Below are positions 1-9,393 of a stretch of DNA of 64,000 nucleotides, piece by piece. The stretch is taken from IMG/VR virus record IMGVR_UViG_3300005100_000002, positions 1 to 64,000 of that record, one strand, 5' to 3'. Each line of letters opens with the position of its first letter. Position 1 is the stretch's first letter. A model generated the notes under the pieces. It saw only the letters and a list, made by a program, of their open reading frames with translations. It was not told the DNA's origin and ran no database searches. A program made the translations under genes and the position numbers. The DNA comes from a virus.

Positions 1-12
1 CTGCTGGTTGGT

Positions 13-1236
13 TTATTGGTTGTGTTCGTCTAAATAGTTTAATGCGTTTGTTAGTAGTTCTGGTGAATCTTTCGCATATCCTAACATATTGTTGCAATTC
101 TTACATAAAAGGGCACGAACTTTGCCAGTTTCATGGCAATGATCTACTGCTAAGTCAAAAGCAATCTTTGTGCGAGGATTAATTGCAGTTTCTCCATTCC
201 CGCAAATAGCACAGCGATAATCTTGTCCCTCTAACATGTCATGATATTTATCTATGCTAATCCCAAATTGTTTCTTTAAGGCTGCATCTTTTACTTTCTC
301 TGGATTGTCCCTACGCCATTTCTTTGCATATTGATTTCTTTTTGCCTTGCTTCCTCCACCATCTTCCCATTTTTGCCATTCATAATTGTCTTTATAGACA
401 GGCTTTAAAGGGTCGATAACGCAGAATCTGTGTTTAAGACTCGGTCGTTCGCCAACATCTTCTGCGAATTGCCAAAAATCTTTCCATTCCTCAGCAAACA
501 CAACCCTAGACTTTCTTTTTTGCCAACACCATGTTTGATAAAGAGGATGTTTTTCTTTTGAACCCCACCCTTTTGGCCTTGTTTGCTTTGTGTGCCCATG
601 CCGCTTCCATCTCTTATAATGCTTTTCGCATAAGCCTAAAGATTTGACGAATTCATTACAATCATCAATACTGCATATGTTTCTGATTTTTTTGTATTCT
701 GGCGTACCGTTTTTTCTATTTCTCTGATAACACGATGCGCACAATCCTTTGCCGGCTATCTCTTTTTCTTCCCCGCAAAATCCACAAATCGCTACATTCT
801 TAATTTGTGTGTATTCTGGTGAACCTGTCTTTAAAAATCTTGAATAACAATTACTGCATAAACCTTTGGCTTTAAGAAAATCTACTTTACCACAAAAACT
901 GCATTCTTTTTCGATCTTAACCTTGACCCTATCAGGCTTGCCGTTCTTTAGATACCTCGCATAACAAGGTCCGCAAAAACCTTTAGCGTGCATAGGTCTT
1001 TTACGGCAATAAGAACAAAGCTTGTCGCCTTTTTTCTTACGCTCCCATGACGTATCGCCGTGCCTCTGAAACCTTGCATAACACTTGCGACACAAGCCTT
1101 GTGCCTTGATCGGCTTGAACCCTTTACAGCCTTTGCATATGGCCGATTTTTCTTTCTCGATCATCCTGCTGTAACATCGGCTGCACAACCCTTTTGCTAC
1201 AATCTTTTTTTCTTCTCTACACTCTACGCATAGCAC
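13..1236 (-). CDS. HNH / endonuclease VII-family homing endonuclease with N-terminal zinc-ribbon repeat array
   Basis: 407-aa ORF. Six tandem ~35-aa units of CxxC-x9-12-(K/L)G(L/F)CxxCYxR. C-terminal AVDHCHETGKVRALLCKNCNNMLGYAKD matches the recombination endonuclease VII / His-Me finger signature. Confidence 0.8.
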   Translation of the reverse strand: MLCVECREEKKIVAKGLCSRCYSRMIEKEKSAICKGCKGFKPIKAQGLCRKCYARFQRHGDTSWERKKKGDKLCSYCRKRPMHAKGFCGPCYARYLKNGKPDRVKVKIEKECSFCGKVDFLKAKGLCSNCYSRFLKTGSPEYTQIKNVAICGFCGEEKEIAGKGLCASCYQRNRKNGTPEYKKIRNICSIDDCNEFVKSLGLCEKHYKRWKRHGHTKQTRPKGWGSKEKHPLYQTWCWQKRKSRVVFAEEWKDFWQFAEDVGERPSLKHRFCVIDPLKPVYKDNYEWQKWEDGGGSKAKRNQYAKKWRRDNPEKVKDAALKKQFGISIDKYHDMLEGQDYRCAICGNGETAINPRTKIAFDLAVDHCHETGKVRALLCKNCNNMLGYAKDSPELLTNALNYLDEHNQ

Positions 1237-1362
1237 ATTAAGCCTCCTTTTGTTAAGTTAAAACTTTGATACAGTCTGTCTATAGCTTTAAACTTAATAC
1301 AAAAGGAGACTTATGTCAAGGATTAATTTTCAAAGAACAAAAAACGTAATGATTTCAGTAAC

Positions 1363-2283
1363 TTATGCGCCCGGCGATCCAAAACACCCCCTGCCGTCAC
1401 TCCATCCAACGGAAAATCTGGTGACCGCCTTGAAGCGGCTGTTGTCTGTGTCGAAATCATTCTCAGATCCAAACGCATCAGCCTTACGTTCCATAAACTT
1501 CATTCCGTCCGGACAGTCAGTCTTCAGGAACCACGCATCAGTATCAGTAAGATAATGATTAACAGCAACACCTTCAGGAATTTTACCGGAAGCACGGATC
1601 GCATTGATATCGTTATTCGCAGTATCAACTCGGCCAATAGACTTCAGTATTCTGAAAGCATCAAACTCAAGCGCAGGCGGAAGAATAAGTTTTTTCGGCC
1701 TGATCGCTATCGTAAGCCCTCTGTCAGTTGTCAGAGCCGCAATATCAATACACGCTTGTTCAAGGGCGGCCTCGCTAAGATCAGCAGCCACCGCAAGTTC
1801 ATTTCTCCATGTACCACCGGATTTATTCGGATGGTCGTCAGCACAAAGCTCTTTACCGTCTGAATTCGTACCCATTGTGTAGCCTGAGTCGAACGCACGA
1901 TTAAGCACACTAGCACACACGATTTCTTTGGTCTGCCTGATCGAGAAAGCCAAAGCACTCGCACGTCTTAAAGCGACCGTAACCGCGATCCCGTCCTCAT
2001 ACATTTCACGAGTAATAATGAACCCAAGACCGTAGGTAACGTGAGTATACCGATTCACGAACCCTTGGCTCTGGTCATCGTACTGGATGCCATCGCCTTC
2101 AGTCTTGATCTGCGCAAGGCCAAAACCCGTCACACCGACCTCTTCCTCAAACGCACGGGTAGAGACGGTTTTCTCAAATATTTCCAAGTACTCAATCGGA
2201 TATTCCTTGTACTTGGTGTTATACCAGGCTTTTACCCCTGGAACCAGATCTTTCGCAAAACTACCAGTTGTTATAATTCCCAT
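1363..2283 (-). CDS. major capsid protein (candidate)
   Basis: 306-aa ORF at the end of a portal-scaffold-capsid gene order, with AAGGAGGT 8 nt upstream of the ATG. Assigned by synteny and size only. Confidence 0.65.
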   Translation of the reverse strand: MGIITTGSFAKDLVPGVKAWYNTKYKEYPIEYLEIFEKTVSTRAFEEEVGVTGFGLAQIKTEGDGIQYDDQSQGFVNRYTHVTYGLGFIITREMYEDGIAVTVALRRASALAFSIRQTKEIVCASVLNRAFDSGYTMGTNSDGKELCADDHPNKSGGTWRNELAVAADLSEAALEQACIDIAALTTDRGLTIAIRPKKLILPPALEFDAFRILKSIGRVDTANNDINAIRASGKIPEGVAVNHYLTDTDAWFLKTDCPDGMKFMERKADAFGSENDFDTDNSRFKAVTRFSVGWSDGRGCFGSPGA

Positions 2284-2295
2284 GATAATACCTCC

Positions 2296-2889
2296 TTATA
2301 CGCCTGCAACAGCGGCTTTAAGTTCATGCTCGTTAATAAGAACATCCCACTTGGCGTATGTACCCAAGACATTATCCTCTCGATTTGTAAGCCCCAAAAT
2401 CCGGCATCCGACATCAGAACCAGCGCCGGAAGTGCTTGAATCGAGTTCCACGATTGACAGCCCTGTAGTAGTGCTGCAATCGCCAATCACAAGGTCAATA
2501 TTGAGGCCTACCATATCGGCATCAATGTCGTTTGTATCATTATCCTCCTGGACCTCGAAGATAACATTCGGATCATCCACGACCAGGCAATAACCTGCGG
2601 TACTTGCAGGACTGTAAGCCCGGTGCAAATTGTCCTGATCTACTGCGATATAGGGCTGGTCGCTGACTCCGATTATTACTCCACGGATATCAGCGCCTAC
2701 AGTAGCTCGCTCTACAGTAGGATATTTTCCGGTCGCATCAGCACTTCCGCCTGATTTTACCGGATCTCCGATTCCCAATCTTGTGCCATAGCCGACCGCA
2801 ATAGAATACATGCGAGCCTTGCCATTCCACGGACTTCCATTTAAATGCCGAACGGGTTTTAACCCTGCTGGCCTGTCAACATTACTCAT
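2296..2889 (-). CDS. head-associated protein (decoration/auxiliary capsid candidate)
   Basis: 197-aa Gly-rich ORF directly upstream of the capsid gene. Function inferred from position only. Confidence 0.45.
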   Translation of the reverse strand: MSNVDRPAGLKPVRHLNGSPWNGKARMYSIAVGYGTRLGIGDPVKSGGSADATGKYPTVERATVGADIRGVIIGVSDQPYIAVDQDNLHRAYSPASTAGYCLVVDDPNVIFEVQEDNDTNDIDADMVGLNIDLVIGDCSTTTGLSIVELDSSTSGAGSDVGCRILGLTNREDNVLGTYAKWDVLINEHELKAAVAGV

Positions 2890-2912
2890 CTTATCACCTC
2901 ATATTTTCAAGG

Positions 2913-3311
2913 TCAGGTTATACTAACGTTCCCGTATGTTCCCTGGCCTTTTTTATTAAGATTGTGTTTCATGTCATTTTCTGCCGCTAAAATCTTGTCA
3001 TGCTTGGCTTTTTGATCTTCCTTGTACCAATCTTCTCGAATCTCCATCAGGATTGCCTTTGTGCCGGCTCCGACGGATATATGCACCGGACTGCCCGGCA
3101 TGTTTTCTTTTCCAACCTTGGGGTCAGTCATCTCAACATCTCCCGTTACTACCTTGTACCCAGCCTTCTCAAAGTCCTGTACTCGCCCTGGCTCAACATT
3201 GACAACTCGCCTTACAAACCCTTTTCTTTGGGGTGGTCTAAGCACATTACGAGTACCAAGAGGTACTCTCATCGGTCTACCGAATGGTCCTTTTTTTACG
3301 CTATCGCTCAT
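2913..3311 (-). CDS. hypothetical head-module protein
   Basis: 132-aa ORF whose start overlaps the scaffold-like gene stop by 4 nt (translational coupling). Confidence 0.5.
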   Translation of the reverse strand: MSDSVKKGPFGRPMRVPLGTRNVLRPPQRKGFVRRVVNVEPGRVQDFEKAGYKVVTGDVEMTDPKVGKENMPGSPVHISVGAGTKAILMEIREDWYKEDQKAKHDKILAAENDMKHNLNKKGQGTYGNVSIT

Positions 3312-4114
3312 GCTTCACCTCCTGCTAACTTCGCAATATCTGCTATATATTCTTTCTCGCTCATTATTCCCTGCTTAATGAACTGGCTCATTATATTTTT
3401 TTGGCTGCCTGTTAAATCAGCCTTGGTAAATTTAGAAGTAGCTGCCCTCTTCCTAGCAGCTTCGACCCTGGGGGCCGAGGGGGAAGTCTTAGTCGCCGCA
3501 AACTTATCCGGAAACATTTCTTTGACTTGTTTCTCGACCATGGTAGCCACCCTGGCAAACGGAGCGCCTTCGTGCTTGTCGGCTACAGTATCCGCATATT
3601 CAGACATCTCTTTATCGGACTTGTACCAGTCATTGTCCTTAACCCATTCGTCGAATTTGCTGTTGACAGACTGCTTGGTCTGAGAAGGTGGCTCTATCGA
3701 CTCCTTAACGGCATCAATCTGCTCGTCTATCTTATCGACTTCATTGACATCAGCCTCCTCTATAGCTGTTTTTTTCTTTGCTTTCAGCCCGGCGAGTTCT
3801 TTTTCCAGCCTACCTACTTCGGCCTTGAAAACTCTTTCGTTGTGCTGTTTTAGTTCGTCAAGGCTGCCGGACATGTCGACCATTTGATGCTTTTGATCTT
3901 TCAGGCTTTTGCGCATGCTGTCTTGTATATCCTGTCCTTTACGGATATATTCTTCAGCATCTACAAAATTCGTGTCATCGCCCTTAAAGGATTCCTTGCC
4001 TTGCCAACCCATTTCTTTCGCTAACGATTCTATGGGATCTTCTGTCCCATCACCGCTTTGTGTCGTTTCATCTCCTGCGTTTTCATCTTTTGTAGTTGTT
4101 GCTGTCTCTGGCAT
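3308..4114 (-). CDS. scaffolding protein (candidate)
   Basis: 268 aa with an acidic N-terminus and long Lys/Glu-rich helical segments (LKQHNERVFKAEVGRLEKELAGLKAKKK...). Lies between the portal side and the capsid gene. Confidence 0.6.
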   Translation of the reverse strand: MPETATTTKDENAGDETTQSGDGTEDPIESLAKEMGWQGKESFKGDDTNFVDAEEYIRKGQDIQDSMRKSLKDQKHQMVDMSGSLDELKQHNERVFKAEVGRLEKELAGLKAKKKTAIEEADVNEVDKIDEQIDAVKESIEPPSQTKQSVNSKFDEWVKDNDWYKSDKEMSEYADTVADKHEGAPFARVATMVEKQVKEMFPDKFAATKTSPSAPRVEAARKRAATSKFTKADLTGSQKNIMSQFIKQGIMSEKEYIADIAKLAGGEA

Positions 4115-4414
4115 AATCTCTGTCCTTCCCGGGTTCTACACCCATAAATACAAAAAGCTTCACGAGGGATAATAGTATTGACGGTTTACTATTTACCCAA
4201 GGAAGCTCTTCGCGTTCTTGGCTTACCCGGATACGTTCAGTTAAGGAGGTATCCGGTTGTTATTTTAATCTATTTTTATGTCATGGTTGCCCGTAACAAT
4301 ATTTTATATGGTTGTCAACTCAAATCTTTTCCCCTGCCAATATTTTCTTCAGAAGACTGGCTATAAAACCAAGTCCCCGGATCAATGCTTTTATGGTTTC
4401 TTTTTCGGTTTCAG

Positions 4415-4741
4415 TCATGTTCTAACTACCGGATACGCCTGACTATCGTTATGTTCTATGTCGAAATCCGCCGCAAGTGCTACCTTCTGGATATCGGGGT
4501 TTGATAGCAATGCGCCTATCGCCTTGTTTATCCAGGACAAATGATGTTTTGGGTCATAATTATAGTCAAGCTCGTCGTTATTAATTTTTTGTTTCAAATT
4601 GTTGAGCTTACCAAGCATGTCCTGTCGTGTCATCACAATCCCTGAGTCAAAACTATCGACAAATATATACCATCTGTCCAAATGAACCTGATCTTTAAAC
4701 ACACCATCTTTTTTTAAAAACAAAGAACAATTAGTTCCCAT
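4415..4741 (-). CDS. hypothetical protein
   Basis: 108-aa ORF whose start overlaps the stop of the GroES-like gene by 1 nt. Confidence 0.55.
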   Translation of the reverse strand: MGTNCSLFLKKDGVFKDQVHLDRWYIFVDSFDSGIVMTRQDMLGKLNNLKQKINNDELDYNYDPKHHLSWINKAIGALLSNPDIQKVALAADFDIEHNDSQAYPVVRT

Positions 4742-5058
4742 TACAACCCCAATACTGCCAGAACGTCCTGATCGTTCAGAAGCACATAATCCTTGCCATC
4801 ATCACCCATCATCTCTATCCCTGCGAACTTGGCATAAGACACCCGGTCACCAACCTTTGCCCATGGTTGGCCGTCTGCGAACTCCTGCCAGGCTGATGGG
4901 CCGATATCAACCAAAATCCCTGTAGTCGCAGCTCTCCGTTCCTGCTCCATGCTTTGAGGGGCAAGGTAGATGCCGCCTTTGGTTTTTTCCTCGATTCTGT
5001 CGGTTTTTACGAGAAGATGGTGGCCAGTACTTTTTATTCCGATTTTATTTTTGCTCAT
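4741..5058 (-). CDS. groES: co-chaperonin GroES (Cpn10) homologue
   Basis: 105 aa, alignable over its full length to Cpn10: GHHLLVK..EEKTKGGIYLAP..TGILVDIG..KVGDRVSYAKFAG..YVLLNDQDVLAVL. Confidence 0.8.
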   Translation of the reverse strand: MSKNKIGIKSTGHHLLVKTDRIEEKTKGGIYLAPQSMEQERRAATTGILVDIGPSAWQEFADGQPWAKVGDRVSYAKFAGIEMMGDDGKDYVLLNDQDVLAVLGL

Positions 5059-5085
5059 AATTCCAAACTCCTTTCGGCTCTCCGC

Positions 5086-5313
5086 CTATTCCTTTTCTTC
5101 ATCTTCATACGATATCCCTAAAATTTGCCGGAGACCTGAGATCTCACCAACCGTCCTGGCAGTCATTATCGCTGTCTGCCCTGGTGAGTCCATCAATGTC
5201 TGGCCATTAGCCAAGACTTCTTTCAGATCGGATATCATTCCTTCGATCTCTTTGAAGATTTCTTGAGTGGTCGGCTGGCTCTTCCATTCTGCCAATTGTT
5301 CGTTATTTATCAT
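5086..5313 (-). CDS. hypothetical protein
   Basis: 75-aa ORF that overlaps the upstream gene by 4 nt. Confidence 0.5.
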   Translation of the reverse strand: MINNEQLAEWKSQPTTQEIFKEIEGMISDLKEVLANGQTLMDSPGQTAIMTARTVGEISGLRQILGISYEDEEKE

Positions 5314-5618
5314 CTTTGCTCCGGTTGAAACTTTCTATACAACAATGGATTAGTATCAGTATTGAAAAGGTAAGGGTATTTTCCCCTGGCTGCATCAATG
5401 CTGAACATAGGAATAAGACAAGCCTCTTGCACTTCCGGGAACTCAGGATGACTCAAAAGCATAAGAAAGGCATCCGTCATAATATCATGAATTCCCCCTA
5501 CAATATGTGCATGCCTTGGATTAAATCTGGCGACATCTTCTACCGTAATATCTTTTAGTTTGGTGCCAAGATTAACAATGTTTTTGCGTGTTATGCTTAT
5601 TCTTATCAACCGCTTCAT
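5310..5618 (-). CDS. hypothetical protein
   Basis: 102-aa ORF in the same-strand gene chain. Confidence 0.5.
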   Translation of the reverse strand: MKRLIRISITRKNIVNLGTKLKDITVEDVARFNPRHAHIVGGIHDIMTDAFLMLLSHPEFPEVQEACLIPMFSIDAARGKYPYLFNTDTNPLLYRKFQPEQR

Positions 5619-5635
5619 ATCTTCATCTCTTTATA

Positions 5636-5797
5636 CTATTTCTTCTTTTTGCGGGCCACTGGAACCTTAGCCCCAGATCGCCTCGCCTGGTTCAAGGCAG
5701 CCGCTACGCTTTGGGATTGTGAATGCCCTGACTTTCGCATCTCTTTGATATTTTTACTAATTGTTGCCTTGCTCTTTCCTTTTTTAAGGGGTGACAT
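5636..5797 (-). CDS. small basic protein (53 aa, below the ORF-track cutoff)
   Basis: Hand-translated: MSPLKKGKSKATISKNIKEMRKSGHSQSQSVAAALNQARRSGAKVPVARKKKK. AAGGAGG lies 6 nt upstream of the ATG. Confidence 0.45.
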   Translation of the reverse strand: MSPLKKGKSKATISKNIKEMRKSGHSQSQSVAAALNQARRSGAKVPVARKKKK

Positions 5798-5808
5798 CTT
5801 AGACCTCC

Positions 5809-6042
5809 TTATTTATCTGATTCCTTGGGATGCTTAACCTCCCACCCGCCAAGCAACGGCAAAAGCTTACCACAACATGGACAATAATGTATCCAAAACG
5901 ATCTGCGGCCTGCATCCATATCAGGATCTATTATCCAATGCGAATCGTAATATCTCAGGTTTTTTGTTTCGATGTCCTCACAATAAGGACAGCCATGTAT
6001 AATTACTCCAACGCCTGAACCATCAGTGCCTAATTTTATCAA
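5809..6042 (-). CDS. small zinc-binding protein
   Basis: 77 aa with two CxxC pairs (CPYC ... CPCC). Confidence 0.55.
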   Translation of the reverse strand: MIKLGTDGSGVGVIIHGCPYCEDIETKNLRYYDSHWIIDPDMDAGRRSFWIHYCPCCGKLLPLLGGWEVKHPKESDK

Positions 6043-6043
6043 G

Positions 6044-6856
6044 CTATACCTCCTTATTCTGAAAGATTAGAGATGGCTGAAAATGCTTGGTAAGTTTGTT
6101 ACTCTTTTTTATATTTTCAATAGCTGGTAGTAACTGCAAATTCTTTAATGCCCAACAACGTTGAAAATCTATATCGCTTGGTTTGTCAAAATTATACACA
6201 CTGATTGGTGTTTTGTGATCCAAGTGAAGCTTGCCGGCCATATAATCGCTCCATGAATACCCTACAGGCATAGTTTTCTCTAAATAGCGCTTGAGCTGTT
6301 TATAAGTGTAGCCTAAAATCTCAAATGTTCGCTGTCCATTTTTTCCATTCTTTAAAGACTGATAAAGATTTGATGCTATATTGTCACAAAGCTTTCCCTT
6401 TAAAGTTGCTCTTCGTTTTTTATTGCTCTTAGTATAGGTCCTGCGGCACTGTTCTGGATTTTTCTCTTTGTGCCGCTGGGCGTATTCTTTTGCTTTTTCT
6501 GGATGGTTTTTGCGGAAATTAGCTTGATAAAGTTTCTGTTTTTCTGGGCTTGCTAATCGCCTTGCCTTACTTGATTCATAATATTCTTGTTTGTGTGTTT
6601 GATAATAATCAGCATGTAGCTTTTTATTTTGTTCTGGATTAGCTAATCTCCACTCTTTACTTTTTACTGCTATTCTTTTTCTATTAGCTGTGTTATATTT
6701 TCTCCTACAATCCTTACAATGCCTTTGAAGACCATCCCAAGTGCATCTATTTTTAGAAAATAATTCTAAAGGCAGCCATTGCCTGCAACCTGGACATCTT
6801 CTTGTTTCAATCCCATCAATAAACTTATGTTCTATCCTTACCGCTTTCATCATCAC
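6044..6856 (-). CDS. HNH homing endonuclease
   Basis: 270 aa. N-terminal CPGC..CKDC zinc ribbon, Lys-rich repeats in the middle, and C-terminal HLDHKTPIS...NLQLLPAIENIKKSNK (HNH). Paralogue of 60881..61543. Confidence 0.8.
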   Translation of the reverse strand: MMMKAVRIEHKFIDGIETRRCPGCRQWLPLELFSKNRCTWDGLQRHCKDCRRKYNTANRKRIAVKSKEWRLANPEQNKKLHADYYQTHKQEYYESSKARRLASPEKQKLYQANFRKNHPEKAKEYAQRHKEKNPEQCRRTYTKSNKKRRATLKGKLCDNIASNLYQSLKNGKNGQRTFEILGYTYKQLKRYLEKTMPVGYSWSDYMAGKLHLDHKTPISVYNFDKPSDIDFQRCWALKNLQLLPAIENIKKSNKLTKHFQPSLIFQNKEV

Positions 6857-6944
6857 CTCTCATAGTGATTTCTCTATAATTTTAAAATAGGGGAAAGTGG
6901 TAGAGATGCCACGATTCGAGCGTACGACTCTATCCCCTATTTTC

Positions 6945-9035
6945 CTATTGCTTCACGTTATTACTTTTTCCGCCCTTTTCTCGATATGCTCCTTGCCCTT
7001 TAGTTTCCGCGGCTTTCCCTTTAAATTCAGAGTCCTTAATCTCTTTCTGTTTGTTAGACGATTCAGCCTTTTTACCATCTTCTTTGATTTTTAGCAAGTC
7101 TATTTCCCTGCGAGCTTCATTTTCCTCAAGAACCATCAAGTTTTGGGCTTTTTCTGCCTGAAGCTTGGTCTGGTCGAATTGAACACCCGCCCTTTTGACC
7201 TTCTGGTCATTAATTTCTGAGTTGATCTTTTCGGCGATTAAATCAGTTTCCGCCTGCACTTTCGCCAATTCCGCCTCTTTAAGCGCGATCTCAAGCTCTT
7301 GCATCGGATCAGGCTCCTTCTCTTTAGGAATTATCGCATCAATATCCTCTGTCTGTAATGCCTCAAGGTATCTGCGGTTTATCTCTTCATCATTCAGCCC
7401 TTGCCCCTTCAGCTCAAGCAGGGCCGCAGCCTTCATCGTCCGCTGCATCCCGGTCACAGATGTCGGGTCGCTGACAGGCACGATGTCAAAATCAGCATCA
7501 TCATAATCAATCCTGCGTGACGCTTGCGGATCGTCAAGCACAGCCTCGTAGCTCTGGTCAGACAAAAACAAAACATTCAATCTTCTGATTTTATTGTATT
7601 CTTTATATAAACTTCTATGAATTCGCTTGAGAATGCCTGTGTACACTTGCAACCCTTGTTCTATCAGTGCCAGCGTAGTCGCCGCCGGAACATTCGGCCC
7701 TGGACTTTGGCCTGCCAAGATCTCCGCCATTCCTGATAGTTCTTTGCCGGCCTCGACCAGCGTACCCAACAATTGAAATAAAGTCGGAGAGGGTTCCTTG
7801 GTCGGGGCAGCCACAATGTTTTTTCGCAGATCATCACCAGTCGCCTGCACAGATTTCCATTCACCCCGTTTTAGCGACAGGCTCCGGCCTCGGCCCAACC
7901 TTATCCCTGTCCCTAAAAACCCGCTTGGCCTGTTTGCTGCCGCACCTGCATCCAAAAGCTGGTTAAGCGCAGCATTCGCCGAAGCGGTGATGGAATGCAG
8001 CAGGGTACCGAAGGCCATCCCGTAAAATCCGCCGTCAATCGCAGGCATAAAAAGGAATCTGGTAAAATAGTGAACAGGATCAATCTTCATGATCTCGTCT
8101 TTTTCATTAGTCTTTATGCCGCCCAGCTCAAACCTGGCGACTATCCTGACAACCTTTTCGGTAGTTTTATGGACTGTGACGATATAAGGCTCCTGATATC
8201 CGTCCTCATCAAGATCATACCACCTGTGCTGCTCAAGAAATGTGTGAGGTGCATCTTTATCATAAGCGATTTTGCCCTCATGCGCATCCGGCATGCCAAG
8301 CGATTCAATATCAACATCAAGGAACATGCCGCTTCTTATTCGCTCGACTATCTCATTCTGAGTTAATTCAATAACATGCGTGACTCTATTTGCCTTTTCT
8401 AACGATTTTGCATAGTAGCTCACGACCAAGTCGTCCGGGAATACCATTTCGGAGACGTTCATTTCTTCGTTGAGATCGTAATAGGTTTTTTTGAACACAC
8501 ACCCCACAACGGGCAGCGTGAAAAGCATCTGATCTACGCCTTCTTCCCAATCCGTCATTTCGTTAAGGAGCTGATATGACATGTGCTCGCTTAATCGCTT
8601 GCCTCTCTCTGCCTTTTGCCCGTCTGGGTCTTCGCCTACAACCTTGGCTTTGACTACATCTGTTCCTTTGATGATTTCCGGATACGCCCTGGCTGCAAAC
8701 TGAATAGCTGCATTTGTGATGATAGGATATTTAATGTTGGAAATCGGCTCGCCCATATAGGTTTTCCTTTCCGCGGTAAGCTTGGCATACGCAATGATCT
8801 CTTTCATCGTGCGATCCCAATCTGCACGAGAATCAAGATCTATGGCGTAATCCTCGATGACCCTAGACGCGATCTGATCAAGGATAGGCTGGTCAAGCCC
8901 TTCGGCAATGTTGGACATTGCATGCATAGCTTCAAGCCGGTCAATCATCTTCAGCTCTTCACGTTCGTCTGTCTGTTGCTGTGGTACCAGCCCTTCTTCG
9001 GGAACTTCCATGGGCGGTTCTATGTATTCCGGCAT
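6945..9035 (-). CDS. portal protein
   Basis: 696 aa, sited two genes downstream of the terminase large subunit, with a charged coiled-coil C-terminal tail. Assigned by size and synteny. Confidence 0.8.
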   Translation of the reverse strand: MPEYIEPPMEVPEEGLVPQQQTDEREELKMIDRLEAMHAMSNIAEGLDQPILDQIASRVIEDYAIDLDSRADWDRTMKEIIAYAKLTAERKTYMGEPISNIKYPIITNAAIQFAARAYPEIIKGTDVVKAKVVGEDPDGQKAERGKRLSEHMSYQLLNEMTDWEEGVDQMLFTLPVVGCVFKKTYYDLNEEMNVSEMVFPDDLVVSYYAKSLEKANRVTHVIELTQNEIVERIRSGMFLDVDIESLGMPDAHEGKIAYDKDAPHTFLEQHRWYDLDEDGYQEPYIVTVHKTTEKVVRIVARFELGGIKTNEKDEIMKIDPVHYFTRFLFMPAIDGGFYGMAFGTLLHSITASANAALNQLLDAGAAANRPSGFLGTGIRLGRGRSLSLKRGEWKSVQATGDDLRKNIVAAPTKEPSPTLFQLLGTLVEAGKELSGMAEILAGQSPGPNVPAATTLALIEQGLQVYTGILKRIHRSLYKEYNKIRRLNVLFLSDQSYEAVLDDPQASRRIDYDDADFDIVPVSDPTSVTGMQRTMKAAALLELKGQGLNDEEINRRYLEALQTEDIDAIIPKEKEPDPMQELEIALKEAELAKVQAETDLIAEKINSEINDQKVKRAGVQFDQTKLQAEKAQNLMVLEENEARREIDLLKIKEDGKKAESSNKQKEIKDSEFKGKAAETKGQGAYREKGGKSNNVKQ

Positions 9036-9039
9036 AATA

Positions 9040-9372
9040 TTACTCCATTAGTTTTTTTAGCGCTGGATTGTCAAGATACACCTGTGCCAATCCTTGCGCT
9101 ATTGCTTCTATTAATATATCCTCATTGCATTGCTGTCCTATCTGAAAGCCACAGTATATACCATCTATGGCATGCAGAATCTCGTGGAAAAATATACTCA
9201 AAATCTCGGAAGCAGGCCTTCTCTCACCGTTCCCGTCCAGCTCTGACACCAGAATCCTACGCAATTTATGATCGCTCATCCCACAAACATCAATCCGTTC
9301 CCTGAACTGATAAGGATAAATGACCCTATATTGATGCGCTCCGATCTTTAATGTTGATGGGATATTGATCAT
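9040..9372 (-). CDS. small HExxH-motif protein (putative zincin-like)
   Basis: 110 aa containing FFHEILHAIDG. Lies between terL and the portal gene. Confidence 0.55.
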   Translation of the reverse strand: MINIPSTLKIGAHQYRVIYPYQFRERIDVCGMSDHKLRRILVSELDGNGERRPASEILSIFFHEILHAIDGIYCGFQIGQQCNEDILIEAIAQGLAQVYLDNPALKKLME

Positions 9373-9393
9373 AAAGCACTTATTCCTTGAATT

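Noticed and set aside
4227-4256. The 8-bp hairpin CCGGATAC/GTATCCGG as an intrinsic terminator between the head genes
   Set aside because: There is no U-tract on the transcribed (minus) strand. The U-rich tract is on the plus strand, where there is no gene to terminate. It may be a processing site, but the evidence is too thin to annotate.
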